Positions 1 to 9,422 of a DNA stretch of 64,000 bases are shown here, piece after piece (position 1 is the stretch's first letter; each line of letters opens with the position of its first letter). The notes under the pieces were generated by a model. That model was not told the DNA's origin and ran no database searches. It worked only from the letters and a program-made list of their open reading frames with translations. Source of the stretch: an uncultured Eubacteriales bacterium. GTDB taxonomy: Bacteria > Bacillota > Clostridia > Oscillospirales > CAG-272. The position numbers and the translations under genes were made by a program. The stretch is from assembly GCA_949299535.1 (NCBI GenBank), contig CASGAQ010000001.1, forward strand, positions 3,886-67,885. Reading direction: 5' to 3'.

Positions 1-2420
1 ACTCCGCGGCACTTAGCAGGCGTTTTCAGCGTGAATACATACGTTTCATATCCGGCCCCGAAAGAATCGAGCGAATCCGCCTTGGGATATGCAGGACTTG
101 CCGAATATTCCGCCTTTACCCACTTTCCGTCTATATAAAGCTCTATGCGAACGTCACCGTCGCGGAACCAGCCGCCGTCACGGAAATGACCGCCTTCGGT
201 AAACTCTACGCTCTTTACAGTGCGCTCGTCTTTATAAATATATCCGATATAAGCTTCATCGGCTGACTCGTCTTTGCGGAATGTATCGTACTGAGAAGCC
301 GAGGATGTCCCTTTTTTGCCGTCGCAAATCACGGAAATGTCCTTGCTTCCGCCGCCTGTCGGCGCAGTCACACTGCATATTATGAATTTGTCGTTATCAC
401 CGAAGACCTGCTTTTCCTCACAGATGGGAGTTATTTCTCCGACACTTATAAAATACGCGCTGCCGCCCGGCTTGCCGACTATGCGTACACCATCGCATTC
501 AATATTCGTACCGAACGAAAAAGTGTACGTCTCAAAGCTCTTTCCCTGCGCGCCGAGCAGATTCTTCGGATACTCTTTCGATATCTCGGAAGGAATGAAT
601 AACCATTCTCCGTCCACAAGCACCTCTACATACGGCTCTTCTCGGAACCAGCCGCCGTCGAGAAAATGTTTGCCCTCCGTAAATTCCACTCCCGAAACAG
701 TATATGTTCTGTCAAACTCTACGCCTGCCCAAACATAATCGGACTTTTCTCCGCCGCAATAAGTATCGTACTGCGATGACGAAGAATCACTTCCCACGGC
801 CGGGACATCTCCGTCAAAAATGACGGAAACATCTTTGCTTCCGCCGCCTGTCGGCGCAGTCACACTGCACACGGCTTTGCCGTTTATCTTTATCTTGTCG
901 GATATGACGACAGTTCTCTCGCAGGAGCTTTCAGTGCCGTTTTCGCTCACCGCGGAGAGTCTTATCTTGTATGTGCCGGGCGCGGAATATGAATAGCTTG
1001 TGATATTGCAGTCCGTTGTAAAGCCATCGCCCATATCAAGCGTGAAAGAAGCGAGCTTCTCGGAGCCGACAAAAGCAGTGCCGATATCCACAACGCCGCC
1101 GTTCTTGGAGGAAACGGTGAGCATAGCCTCAAAAACCGCGTCGCCCCACTGCTCATACGGCACAGTCTCGTATTCAGTGTCCGCATAAATGCTCCATACG
1201 CCGTCAGCGCACTCAGCACCGCTTGAAGTGAGTATATCTTTCATAAGCTTGAAGCTTATCTCCATAACGTCATCAAAGGTATAACTCGTATGAGAAAATT
1301 TTCTGCCGTCGCGGTCAAGCGCCTTCTTATATATATCATCTATTCCCGACGCGCCAAGATAATTGCCGAGTACGGACGCGGCGCTGGAGGGATTGCAGTC
1401 GCTGTCCTGTCCGCACCTGCCGGAGATGACAACAGTCTTTTCCATATCGCCCTCGCCCCAGAGAAGCCCTATAAGGATATACGCCGCATTGAGCTTTGCG
1501 TCTATATTATAAGGAGAATTCGGCATACATTTGTCATCATAAGCCCATTTTTCTTCGAGCATTTGCCAACATTCTTCCCATGTTTGTCCGCTTTCATAGC
1601 TCTGCACAACGTCGTCCATGACCGAACGGAACTTCGTTCCCTCCGGTATGACGGAGATCCCCGCTTCAACTATCGCTTCTATTGAATCGGCAGTATAAGC
1701 CGCCGCGTGCATGGCGGTTACAAAAACGCCGCCGTAAACGCCGTCGCCGTAATTCATGATGTGTCCGATATCAAAAGAACGCTTTGCGGAAGCGTTTACA
1801 AGTCCGGGATAAATCTGCCCCAAAAAGTCAGCTTCTATCTGCCAGTCGATATCGTCAGCACAGTGATTGTAGAGATAGTGTCCGGAATCGGGATATTCGA
1901 TACCGGCGCGCAGATTATCTCTGCCGACCTTGTTCGCGTGCCAAAGCGGAAAAGTCGAATCGCGGAATTTATCAGCCATATATTTTACATCGCAGAACGC
2001 GCCGTTTTCTTTCATTGCGTCAAGAAACGGTATCTCAACATAGAGGTCGTCCTGTCCGAACGCGCTGTTTATCATATCAGGGCTCCATTTTGGGAAGTCA
2101 GCTTCGGGGATTATCTTGCCCTGCCACCTAAATTCCGTGCTTGCCGCCCATGAAACGCCGAGCATTTGACCTATCCAGCCGCCTACGAGCTTGTCGTAAA
2201 GCTCCTCCTCCGAGATATCCACCTTTTCGGCGTGACTCGGAATAACGGGGCTCTCTTGCGTCGTACTTTGAGTCTGAGATGTCCCCTGAGCCTGAGATGT
2301 GAATTCTGTTTGAGTCATATCCGACGATGAAGACACGCTCGGCGGAACGGACGTGCAAGATGAGAGCAAAAACGCGCACACAAGCGCTGCCGATGAGATT
2401 TTTATAAGATGTTTTTTCAC
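1..2420 (-). CDS. Secreted lipoprotein: ADP-ribosylglycohydrolase-fold domain + PKD-like domain + repeated ~165-aa modules (3' end runs off the window)
   Basis: Absent from the ORF track because it has no stop inside the window. Read by hand, the frame from GTG at 2420 is open to position 1. N-terminus VKKHLIKISSAALVCAFLLSSC has a lipobox. It is followed by LYDKLVGGWIGQMLG ... GRCGQDSDCNPSSAASVLG (ARH/DraG-family-like GxDxDCN motif). Next comes a PKD-like stretch, FTLDMGDGFTTDCNITSYSYSAPGTYKIRLSAVSENG. Then there are two copies of a module CSVTAPTGGGSKD...SQYDT...VEFTEGxHFxDGGWF...DGxW...YP...FETYxF...CDGVRIVG. Confidence 0.7.
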   Translation of the reverse strand, partial: MKKHLIKISSAALVCAFLLSSCTSVPPSVSSSSDMTQTEFTSQAQGTSQTQSTTQESPVIPSHAEKVDISEEELYDKLVGGWIGQMLGVSWAASTEFRWQGKIIPEADFPKWSPDMINSAFGQDDLYVEIPFLDAMKENGAFCDVKYMADKFRDSTFPLWHANKVGRDNLRAGIEYPDSGHYLYNHCADDIDWQIEADFLGQIYPGLVNASAKRSFDIGHIMNYGDGVYGGVFVTAMHAAAYTADSIEAIVEAGISVIPEGTKFRSVMDDVVQSYESGQTWEECWQMLEEKWAYDDKCMPNSPYNIDAKLNAAYILIGLLWGEGDMEKTVVISGRCGQDSDCNPSSAASVLGNYLGASGIDDIYKKALDRDGRKFSHTSYTFDDVMEISFKLMKDILTSSGAECADGVWSIYADTEYETVPYEQWGDAVFEAMLTVSSKNGGVVDIGTAFVGSEKLASFTLDMGDGFTTDCNITSYSYSAPGTYKIRLSAVSENGTESSCERTVVISDKIKINGKAVCSVTAPTGGGSKDVSVIFDGDVPAVGSDSSSSQYDTYCGGEKSDYVWAGVEFDRTYTVSGVEFTEGKHFLDGGWFREEPYVEVLVDGEWLFIPSEISKEYPKNLLGAQGKSFETYTFSFGTNIECDGVRIVGKPGGSAYFISVGEITPICEEKQVFGDNDKFIICSVTAPTGGGSKDISVICDGKKGTSSASQYDTFRKDESADEAYIGYIYKDERTVKSVEFTEGGHFRDGGWFRDGDVRIELYIDGKWVKAEYSASPAYPKADSLDSFGAGYETYVFTLKTPAKCRG

Positions 2421-2495
2421 TTTCAAGACCTCTTGTAAAAAATATAATATCTTTACGGCAAGGATATATCCATCATTCCGTACTTGTTTTTAAAG

Positions 2496-2518
2496 CCTCC
2501 CACTTTTCAAGGGAGAGG
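2496..2518 (-). terminator. Hairpin downstream of the decayed paralog
   Basis: On the minus strand: CCTCTCCC-TTGAAAAG-TGGGAGG followed by CTTTAAAAAC. The TTGAAAAG-centred hairpin resembles the repeat family described in the findings. Confidence 0.35.
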
Positions 2519-2535
2519 TTTTGCTTCGCTTTAAA

Positions 2536-3630
2536 TTATTTAACTGTAAATTCGCTCACGCTGATAAAGTAAGCTTCGCCGCCGGCTTCGCCTATTACGC
2601 GCACACCGTCGCAGGAAACTGAAGTGCCAAGCCTGAACACATATGTTTCTCCGCCTTCGCCGAATGTATCCTTAGAGTCGCCATTGGGATATTCGGGAGA
2701 AACGGTGCAGGGAGCTTCTGTCCAAACGCCGTCGACAAGAACTTCCACTTTAACGCCGTTTTTGAACCAGCCGCCGTCGTCAAAGTGTTTGCCTTCGGTA
2801 AATTCTATTCGTGAAACTCTTGTGGATTCTCTGAACAGAACGCCGACATATGCCGTATGTTCCTTGGCAGTACTGTTGTATGTGTCGTAATGGAGCGTGT
2901 TTTCGGAGTCGTCTGTTCCGCCTTTAACGCCGTCGCCGTAGTTGGTGATATGTCCGATCTCAAAAGCGCGTTCTGCCGCCGCATTTACAAGACCGGGGTA
3001 CATCATGCCGAGAAAATCGCACTGTATCTGCCAGTCGATATCGTCCGCATGCTGATTGAAAAGGTAGTGACCGGAATCCGGATATTCGATACCGGCGCGC
3101 AGATTATCCCTGCCCGCCTTGTTCGCGTGCCAAAGAGGGAAAGTGGAATCGCGGAAATTGTCCGCCATGTACTTAACGTCGCAGAAAGCGCCGTTTTCTT
3201 TCATCGCGTCGATAAACGGTATCTCAACATAAAGGTCGTCCTGGTCGAAAGCATCGTTGATGGAAACAGTACCGTTATCCCATTCTGCCATCGCTCTGTT
3301 AAGGCGTTATTCCGTCATTATCTTGCCCGCCCAGCCGAACTCTGTTTTGGCAAAGAGCGCTACGCCTGCCATCTGACCTATCCAGCCGCCCAATACCTTA
3401 TCTCTGAGTTCTTCCTCGGTCATCGTGCCGTCAAAGGTGGGAATGGTTACGCCGCCTGTTGTTGCCGTTGTGCCGCTTGTCGTTGCTGACGTCTGAGCCT
3501 ACGTCGAACCTTATGTTGTGGAAGTTGAGGCAGTGGAGCCTGTCGTCACATCGGAATTGCCGCCGCAGCCGGTAAGCAGTATGGAGCACGCAAGTGTCAA
3601 ACAGCCTATCTTTGCTAAAAACTTTTTCAT
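2536..3630 (-). pseudogene. Decayed paralog of the upstream ARH-fold lipoprotein (three in-frame stops, internal deletion)
   Basis: An ATG at 3630 follows GGAGG and gives the lipoprotein signal MKKFLAKIGCLTLACSILLTGCGGNSDVTT. The same frame continues through TAA (3511-3513), TAG (3499-3501) and TAA (3307-3309) into the 251-aa track ORF 2536..3291. LRDKVLGGWIGQMAGV and DQDDLYVEIPFIDAMKENGAFCDVKYMAD align with the upstream gene. The central and C-terminal ARH part, including the GxDSDCN motif, is missing (GHITNYGDGVKGGTDDSENTLHYDTY). One VEFTEGKHFDDGGWF module is retained. Confidence 0.55.
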
Positions 3631-3865
3631 CATATACCTCCGTCAAAGGATAAATCTGTAATTATCCTTATTCTACTATGTTTCCTTTAAAAAAACAAGT
3701 ATTAAATCTTTGTTCACAAAAAATCTATTTTTTAGATAACTGACCGTCCTTTTTTTTGTTAAAGTTGTTGTAAAGCAATGAATGAAATGCTATAATAAAT
3801 AAGGTACATAATTTACTCAGGTACGAAAAATCATCATACCGAACCACCGAAAGGACGTTTATTTC

Positions 3866-5122
3866 ATGAAAGACATAAAAACGCTCATCAAGGAAAACGA
3901 ATCTTTACTCCGCACGCTCTATTCGGACTTTGAAAAAGCCGAAGAAAGAATCTCCCGCGCCGTTGAAGAATTTATCTCTCTTTACGGCGAACGCGAATAT
4001 TCCGTTTTCTCCGTTTCCGGCAGAAGCGAGATAGCCGGCAACCATACAGATCACAACCGCGGCGAAGTGCTCGCCGCTTCCGTAAGCCTTGACATCATCG
4101 CCGTTGCAGCCGTGACCGACGACGGCAAGATAACCGTCAAGAGCGAAGGCTTCTCTCAGAACACGGTAGACCTTGGCTGTCTCTGCCCCGTCTCCGGCGA
4201 GGAAGGCACTTCTGCCGCGCTCATTCGCGGCGTTTGCGACGGTTTTGAAAAAAACGGCCGCTCTATCGGCGGTTTCTGCGCTTACATGACCTCCTCCGTG
4301 CTCGGCGGAAGCGGTCTTTCCTCCTCCGCCGCATTTGAGGATATGATAGGCAACATCGAAAACCACTTCTTCAACGACGGCAAGATAGATTATATCGAAA
4401 TTTCCCAAATATCTCAGTATGCGGAAAACACACATTTCGGCAAGCCCTGCGGTCTTATGGACCAAATAGCCTGCGCTTGCGGCGGATTCGTGCATATTGA
4501 TTTTGCAGACCCCGCTCACCCCGTATGCGAAAAGATAGAGTTTAACCTTGCAGAACACGGATACAGCCTTTGCGTTGTAAACACGGGCGGCTCTCACGCA
4601 GACCTGACGGACGATTACGCCTCCGTTCCCGCAGAAATGAAGAAAGTCGCTTCTTTCTTCGGCAAGGAAGTCCTGCGCGAGCTTGACAAAGAGGATATCC
4701 TCTCCAATATTCCCGCGCTCCGCAATTTCGCGGGCGACAGAGCCGTTCTGCGCGCGCTCCACTTCTTCGATGAAAACGAAAGAGTAAAAAAAGCCTTCGA
4801 ATACCTCGACGCAGACGATATAGACGGTTTCCTCAGCGTAATAAACGCTTCCGGCGTTTCAAGCTCCATGCTTCTCCAGAACTATTTTTCTCCTAAAGCT
4901 TCCGAAGAACAGGGTATCTCCCTCGCCTGCGCCATCGCAAAAAGCGCTCTCGGCGGAAGCGGTGCCTGCCGCGTACACGGCGGCGGCTTTGCCGGAACAA
5001 TACAGGCGTTCGTTCCATCTGACAAGCTTGAAAGCTTCACGGAAGTAATGGAAAAGGCATTCGGCGAAGGTTCCGTCACCGTCCTTGCCGTTCGCCCCGT
5101 GGGCATGACGAAAATTTTTTGA
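3866..5122 (+). CDS. galK: Galactokinase (GHMP kinase family)
   Basis: 418 aa. Contains the galactokinase signature-like GRSEIAGNHTDHNRGEVL and the GHMP ATP motif GGSGLSSSAAFE. RBS AAAGGA lies upstream. Confidence 0.8.
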   Translation: MKDIKTLIKENESLLRTLYSDFEKAEERISRAVEEFISLYGEREYSVFSVSGRSEIAGNHTDHNRGEVLAASVSLDIIAVAAVTDDGKITVKSEGFSQNTVDLGCLCPVSGEEGTSAALIRGVCDGFEKNGRSIGGFCAYMTSSVLGGSGLSSSAAFEDMIGNIENHFFNDGKIDYIEISQISQYAENTHFGKPCGLMDQIACACGGFVHIDFADPAHPVCEKIEFNLAEHGYSLCVVNTGGSHADLTDDYASVPAEMKKVASFFGKEVLRELDKEDILSNIPALRNFAGDRAVLRALHFFDENERVKKAFEYLDADDIDGFLSVINASGVSSSMLLQNYFSPKASEEQGISLACAIAKSALGGSGACRVHGGGFAGTIQAFVPSDKLESFTEVMEKAFGEGSVTVLAVRPVGMTKIF

Positions 5123-5134
5123 GAGAGTCCGAAT

Positions 5135-5920
5135 ATGCCAAGACTTATAACTCTTTTTTCAGGTTCTTCCGGCAATTGCCATTACATACGCTCCGAAAGT
5201 ACGGAGATACTCATAGACGCGGGCGTTTGCGCGCGCTCTGTTGAAAACGCGCTCAAAAGCATAGGAACCGGCCTTCGCAATATATGTGCCATCTTCGTAA
5301 CTCACGAGCACGCCGATCACACGCGCGGGCTTGAAATCATAGCAAAAAAATACGGCATACCCGTCTATATGACAGAGGAGTCCGCCCGCGCACTTATAAA
5401 GGATAAAAACGCGGCGCTTCTCTCCGTACTGCGCCTTTATCCGCCGCTCTTTTCCGCAGAGGTGGGAGATATGCGCGTAAGCTCATTCATCTCGCCTCAC
5501 GACTCGGCCTGCTGCGTCGGATACAGAGTCGAATTTCCAATGGGAGATTCGACTCACAAAATCGGCGTCGCAACGGACATAGGTCATATAGAGCCTGCCT
5601 TAGTGGAAGCGCTTCTCGGAGTCGACGAATGTATCATAGAATCAAACCACGATGTTTCCATGCTCATGACGGGACCGTACCCGTATACCCTCAAAAGACG
5701 AATACTCTCCGAGCGCGGACATCTTTCAAACGAGGACTGCGGAAAGATAATGAACATTCTCGCGCAAAGCGGTACCCACGCCTTCATGCTTGCACATTTG
5801 AGCAAAGAAAACAATTATCCTCCCACGGCGGAACTTACGGCAAAAACAGCGCTTTCCGCCTTTCCGGGAGTGCAGATCTCCGTCGCCTCGCCAAACACGC
5901 CGACGGAGATAAGGATATGA
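5135..5920 (+). CDS. MBL-fold metallo-hydrolase (YycJ/WalJ-like)
   Basis: 261 aa. Contains the HxHxDH motif VTHEHADHTRG and the N-terminal LFSGSSGNC typical of this family. Confidence 0.8.
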   Translation: MPRLITLFSGSSGNCHYIRSESTEILIDAGVCARSVENALKSIGTGLRNICAIFVTHEHADHTRGLEIIAKKYGIPVYMTEESARALIKDKNAALLSVLRLYPPLFSAEVGDMRVSSFISPHDSACCVGYRVEFPMGDSTHKIGVATDIGHIEPALVEALLGVDECIIESNHDVSMLMTGPYPYTLKRRILSERGHLSNEDCGKIMNILAQSGTHAFMLAHLSKENNYPPTAELTAKTALSAFPGVQISVASPNTPTEIRI

Positions 5921-5989
5921 GCGCCGTCAGATTTTCTGCCGAAAATAAAAACTCATATCTTATACTCATATATAATATAAGGTTGAACA

Positions 5990-6469
5990 ATGCAAATAAA
6001 CATCATTTACGTCGGAAATATCAAGGATAAATTTCTCTCTGACGCGGTGGCGGAATATGAAAAGCGCCTCTCCGCATACTGCAAGGTGCAGAACACGGAG
6101 ATAAAGGAGAGCCGCGTTCCCGAAAACGCCTCCGAAGCGGAAATAGCCGCCGCCACTGCGGAGGAAGGCAAAAAGATACTTGCCGTATTGCCGAAAAAGA
6201 GCTTCAAGATAGCGCTCGCCGTAGAGGGAGAACAGCTCTCCTCGGAGGATTTTGCAAGAAAGCTGGAAAAGGCAAAAGAAGCAGGCGGCGCGCAGATAAC
6301 TTTTGTCATCGGCGGCGCCTTCGGAATGTCGGAGGAAGTCAAAAAAGCCTGTGACTTGCGTATCTCCTTTTCGAAAATGACATTTACGCACAGAATGATG
6401 CGTTTTTTGCTCCTGGAACAGGTATACAGAGGATTCAATATCCTCTCAGGAGGAAAATATCATAAATAA
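5990..6469 (+). CDS. rlmH: 23S rRNA (pseudouridine1915-N3)-methyltransferase RlmH
   Basis: 159 aa SPOUT protein. It starts MQINIIYVGNIKDKF..AEYEKRL and ends ..HRMMRFLLLEQVYRGFNILSGGKYHK, typical of RlmH. Confidence 0.9.
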   Translation: MQINIIYVGNIKDKFLSDAVAEYEKRLSAYCKVQNTEIKESRVPENASEAEIAAATAEEGKKILAVLPKKSFKIALAVEGEQLSSEDFARKLEKAKEAGGAQITFVIGGAFGMSEEVKKACDLRISFSKMTFTHRMMRFLLLEQVYRGFNILSGGKYHK

Positions 6470-6521
6470 GAGCAAAAAGCTCCGGAAAATTCACTGAAAA
6501 ACAAAAAGAAAGGTCTTTTTT

Positions 6522-8450
6522 ATGGAATATTTTGCAGGAGCGGCTGACGTTGCCGTGATAGGCGCCGGACACGCCGGCATAGAAGCCGCACTCGCCGCCG
6601 CGCGCATGGGCTGCCGCACAATACTTTTCACGATATCGAATGACGCCGTCGGCAATATGCCTTGCAACCCCTCCATCGGAGGCACGGGCAAAGGCCAGCT
6701 CGTTTTCGAGATAGATGCCCTCGGCGGCGAAATGGGCAGAGCGGCTGACAAAGTAATGCTTCAGGACCGTATGCTCAACCTGAGCAAAGGCCCTGCCGTT
6801 CATTCCAAGCGAATACAGGCAGATCGGCGTCTTTATCAGGACATAATGAAAAAGACCATAGAGCATACGGAAAATCTCTCTCTTGTTCAGGCGGAGATAT
6901 GCGAGCTGAGAAAACTCGAAGATGACGCCGACGGTATGCGTTTTGCCGTTGCAGACAGACTCTCCGCCGTATGGCACGCAAAGACTGTCGTAATATGCTC
7001 GGGTACATATCTTGATTCTCGCATAATCATAGGCGATGTGATGTATCCGTCAGGTCCCGACGGAATGCACCCTTCGGCTTTTCTTACAAAATCGCTTTTG
7101 TCATTGGGCATAAAAATGCTCCGCTTCAAAACAGGCACCCCTCCGCGCATAGACGCGCGCACGGTCGATTATTCCGTGCTTGAACGTCAGGACGGCGAAG
7201 AAAAGCTCACTCCGTACAGCGCGGATACAAAATACGACGAGCTTTGCGCCCGTCCTAAGCTTCCGTGCTATATAGCATACACAAACGAGGAAACTCACCG
7301 CATAATACGAGAGCATATAAGCGAATCCCCGCTCTACTCCGGTCAGATAAAGGGCACAGGTCCGCGCTACTGTCCGAGCATAGAGGACAAAGTGGTTCGT
7401 TTCCCCGACAAGACAAGACATCAACTCTTTCTTGAGCCGATGGGCGACGGCACGAACGAGATGTATCTGCAAGGCTTCAGCTCCTCCATGCCGTCATATA
7501 TACAGGCGCAAATGCTCCGCTCGATAAAAGGATTTGAAAATGCGGTCGTCATGCGTCACGCATACGCCATAGAATACGACTGCATAGATTCCACACAGCT
7601 CTCCGCCGCTCTCATGTTCAAAGATATACCGGGACTTTTCGGCGCAGGTCAGTTCAACGGCACCTCCGGCTACGAGGAAGCCGCCGCTCAAGGTCTTATC
7701 GCAGGAATGAACGCGGCTCTCTTTGTTAAGGAAAAGCCGCCCGTTATGCTCACGCGAGATTCCTCATACATAGGAACGCTCATAGACGACCTTGTGACAA
7801 AAGGCACGAACGAGCCGTACAGAATGATGACATCACGCTCGGAATTCCGTCTGATACTGCGTCAGGACAACGCGGACAGCCGTCTTTCCGAGATAGGCTA
7901 TGCCGCAGGACTTCTTCCCGAATACCGCATAAATATGTTCCGCGAGAAGCAGGCGATGATAGAATCGGAAAAAGAAAGGCTCCGCAAAGTGATAGTTTCG
8001 CCGAAAGACGGCGTAAACGAGCTTCTGGAATCTGTCGGAGAGCCGCCGATAAAAACAGGCGTTCGCCTTTCCGAGCTTCTCAAGCGCCCCGGCGTGACGT
8101 ATGAACTGCTTGCTCCGATAGACACAGAACGCTCCCCACTCCCCGAAAGAGTCATCTTCACGGCGCAGACCGACCTCAAATACGAGGGCTATATCAAAAA
8201 GGAGCTTGCGGACGCGGCGCGTTTTTCAAAGCTGGAAAAGCGCCTTCTTCCCGAAGAAATCTGCTACAAAAATGTGCTCGGACTCTCGACGGAAGCAGCG
8301 CAGAAGCTCGAAAAATTCCGTCCTGCCTCGATAGGAGCGGCTTCGCGTATCTCCGGCGTAAGTCCGGCGGATATATCCGTACTGCTCATCTATCTGGACA
8401 TAAAAAACAAAAAACGCGACCGTTCCGAACAGAACGAAGAACAGGAATGA
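6522..8450 (+). CDS. mnmG: tRNA uridine-5-carboxymethylaminomethyl modification enzyme MnmG (GidA)
   Basis: 642 aa. FAD motif DVAVIGAGHAGIEAALAAARMG, with GPRYCPSIEDK and other conserved MnmG blocks. Confidence 0.97.
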   Translation: MEYFAGAADVAVIGAGHAGIEAALAAARMGCRTILFTISNDAVGNMPCNPSIGGTGKGQLVFEIDALGGEMGRAADKVMLQDRMLNLSKGPAVHSKRIQADRRLYQDIMKKTIEHTENLSLVQAEICELRKLEDDADGMRFAVADRLSAVWHAKTVVICSGTYLDSRIIIGDVMYPSGPDGMHPSAFLTKSLLSLGIKMLRFKTGTPPRIDARTVDYSVLERQDGEEKLTPYSADTKYDELCARPKLPCYIAYTNEETHRIIREHISESPLYSGQIKGTGPRYCPSIEDKVVRFPDKTRHQLFLEPMGDGTNEMYLQGFSSSMPSYIQAQMLRSIKGFENAVVMRHAYAIEYDCIDSTQLSAALMFKDIPGLFGAGQFNGTSGYEEAAAQGLIAGMNAALFVKEKPPVMLTRDSSYIGTLIDDLVTKGTNEPYRMMTSRSEFRLILRQDNADSRLSEIGYAAGLLPEYRINMFREKQAMIESEKERLRKVIVSPKDGVNELLESVGEPPIKTGVRLSELLKRPGVTYELLAPIDTERSPLPERVIFTAQTDLKYEGYIKKELADAARFSKLEKRLLPEEICYKNVLGLSTEAAQKLEKFRPASIGAASRISGVSPADISVLLIYLDIKNKKRDRSEQNEEQE

Positions 8451-8468
8451 CAAGAAAGGAAGATCGCA

Positions 8469-9212
8469 TTGGAAAAACAAGAATTTTTCGAGATTTCCGA
8501 ACAAGTGTTCGCTAATAATCATATTTCAGAATTTTGGCAGGGCGAAAAAAGAGATGTGCTTTTCGACCTTTGCAATATCATGCTTGAGCAGAACAAGGTA
8601 ATGAATCTTTCCGCGATACGCGATGAGAGCGGCGTCATATGCCGTCATTTTGCGGATTCGCTGACAGTCGCAAAGCATATCCCAAGCGGCGCAAAAGTGC
8701 TCGACGTGGGAAGCGGAGGCGGAATGCCTGCATTGCCGCTTGCAGTTGCAAGACCTGATCTTCACATAACCGCGCTCGACGCGACAGCCAAAAAGACAGC
8801 ATATATCGCTTCTGCGGCGCAGAAATTGGGACTTTCAAACATATCGACGATATGCGGCAGAGCCGAAGAACTCGGCAACGACGTCAAATACAGAGAAAAA
8901 TTCGACGTAGTATGCGCTCGCGCCGTAGCAGAACTGCGTATTCTTGCAGAGTGGTGCGTCCCTTTTGCAAAAAAAGACGGACTTTTCATAGCGATGAAAG
9001 GCAAAAACGGCGTCGCAGAGCTTGATTCTGCCGCAAACGCCGTCAAAACTCTGTTGATATCACTCGAAAAAGATGACTCGTTCAATTTGTTTGACATATC
9101 AGCTCAAAACGAAGCAGACGCGGCAAGACATATATTCGTTTTCAGAAAAAAGGCGCCGACGCCTTCAAAATATCCCCGCACAAACGCTCAGATACAGAAA
9201 AAGCCGCTTTAA
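8469..9212 (+). CDS. rsmG: 16S rRNA (guanine527-N7)-methyltransferase RsmG (GidB)
   Basis: 247 aa with a TTG start after AAGGAAG. SAM motif VLDVGSGGGMPALPLA. Position directly after mnmG. Confidence 0.93.
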   Translation: MEKQEFFEISEQVFANNHISEFWQGEKRDVLFDLCNIMLEQNKVMNLSAIRDESGVICRHFADSLTVAKHIPSGAKVLDVGSGGGMPALPLAVARPDLHITALDATAKKTAYIASAAQKLGLSNISTICGRAEELGNDVKYREKFDVVCARAVAELRILAEWCVPFAKKDGLFIAMKGKNGVAELDSAANAVKTLLISLEKDDSFNLFDISAQNEADAARHIFVFRKKAPTPSKYPRTNAQIQKKPL

Positions 9213-9226
9213 AAGCGAAAAAGCAT

Positions 9227-9306
9227 TGCCAAAGTGATCAAGATTTTCGCGCGAGCCGCGCTCCTTGTGCCTCTCAGAGGGAGAAAATCTCACTTTGGCA
9301 TTTTTT
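9227..9306 (+). repeat. Structured 3' element / intrinsic terminator after rsmG (member of the dispersed repeat family)
   Basis: The outer stem pairs TGCCAAAGTGA..GATTTTC with GAGAAAATCT-CACTTTGGCA. It encloses the hairpins GCGCG-AGC-CGCGC and CCTCT..AGAGG and is followed by TTTTTT. The architecture is the same as the elements at 30574 and 37589. Confidence 0.6.
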
Positions 9307-9422
9307 AATATTCGTTTTTTCGGAGAGTATATCATGAAAGAATAACTTTACATCTCTTTCGATTTTTTCATCAGGCGTTTTTTCAGAAATCAAGCGCAAA
9401 GAAACGCCGAAGGAGGACAACA

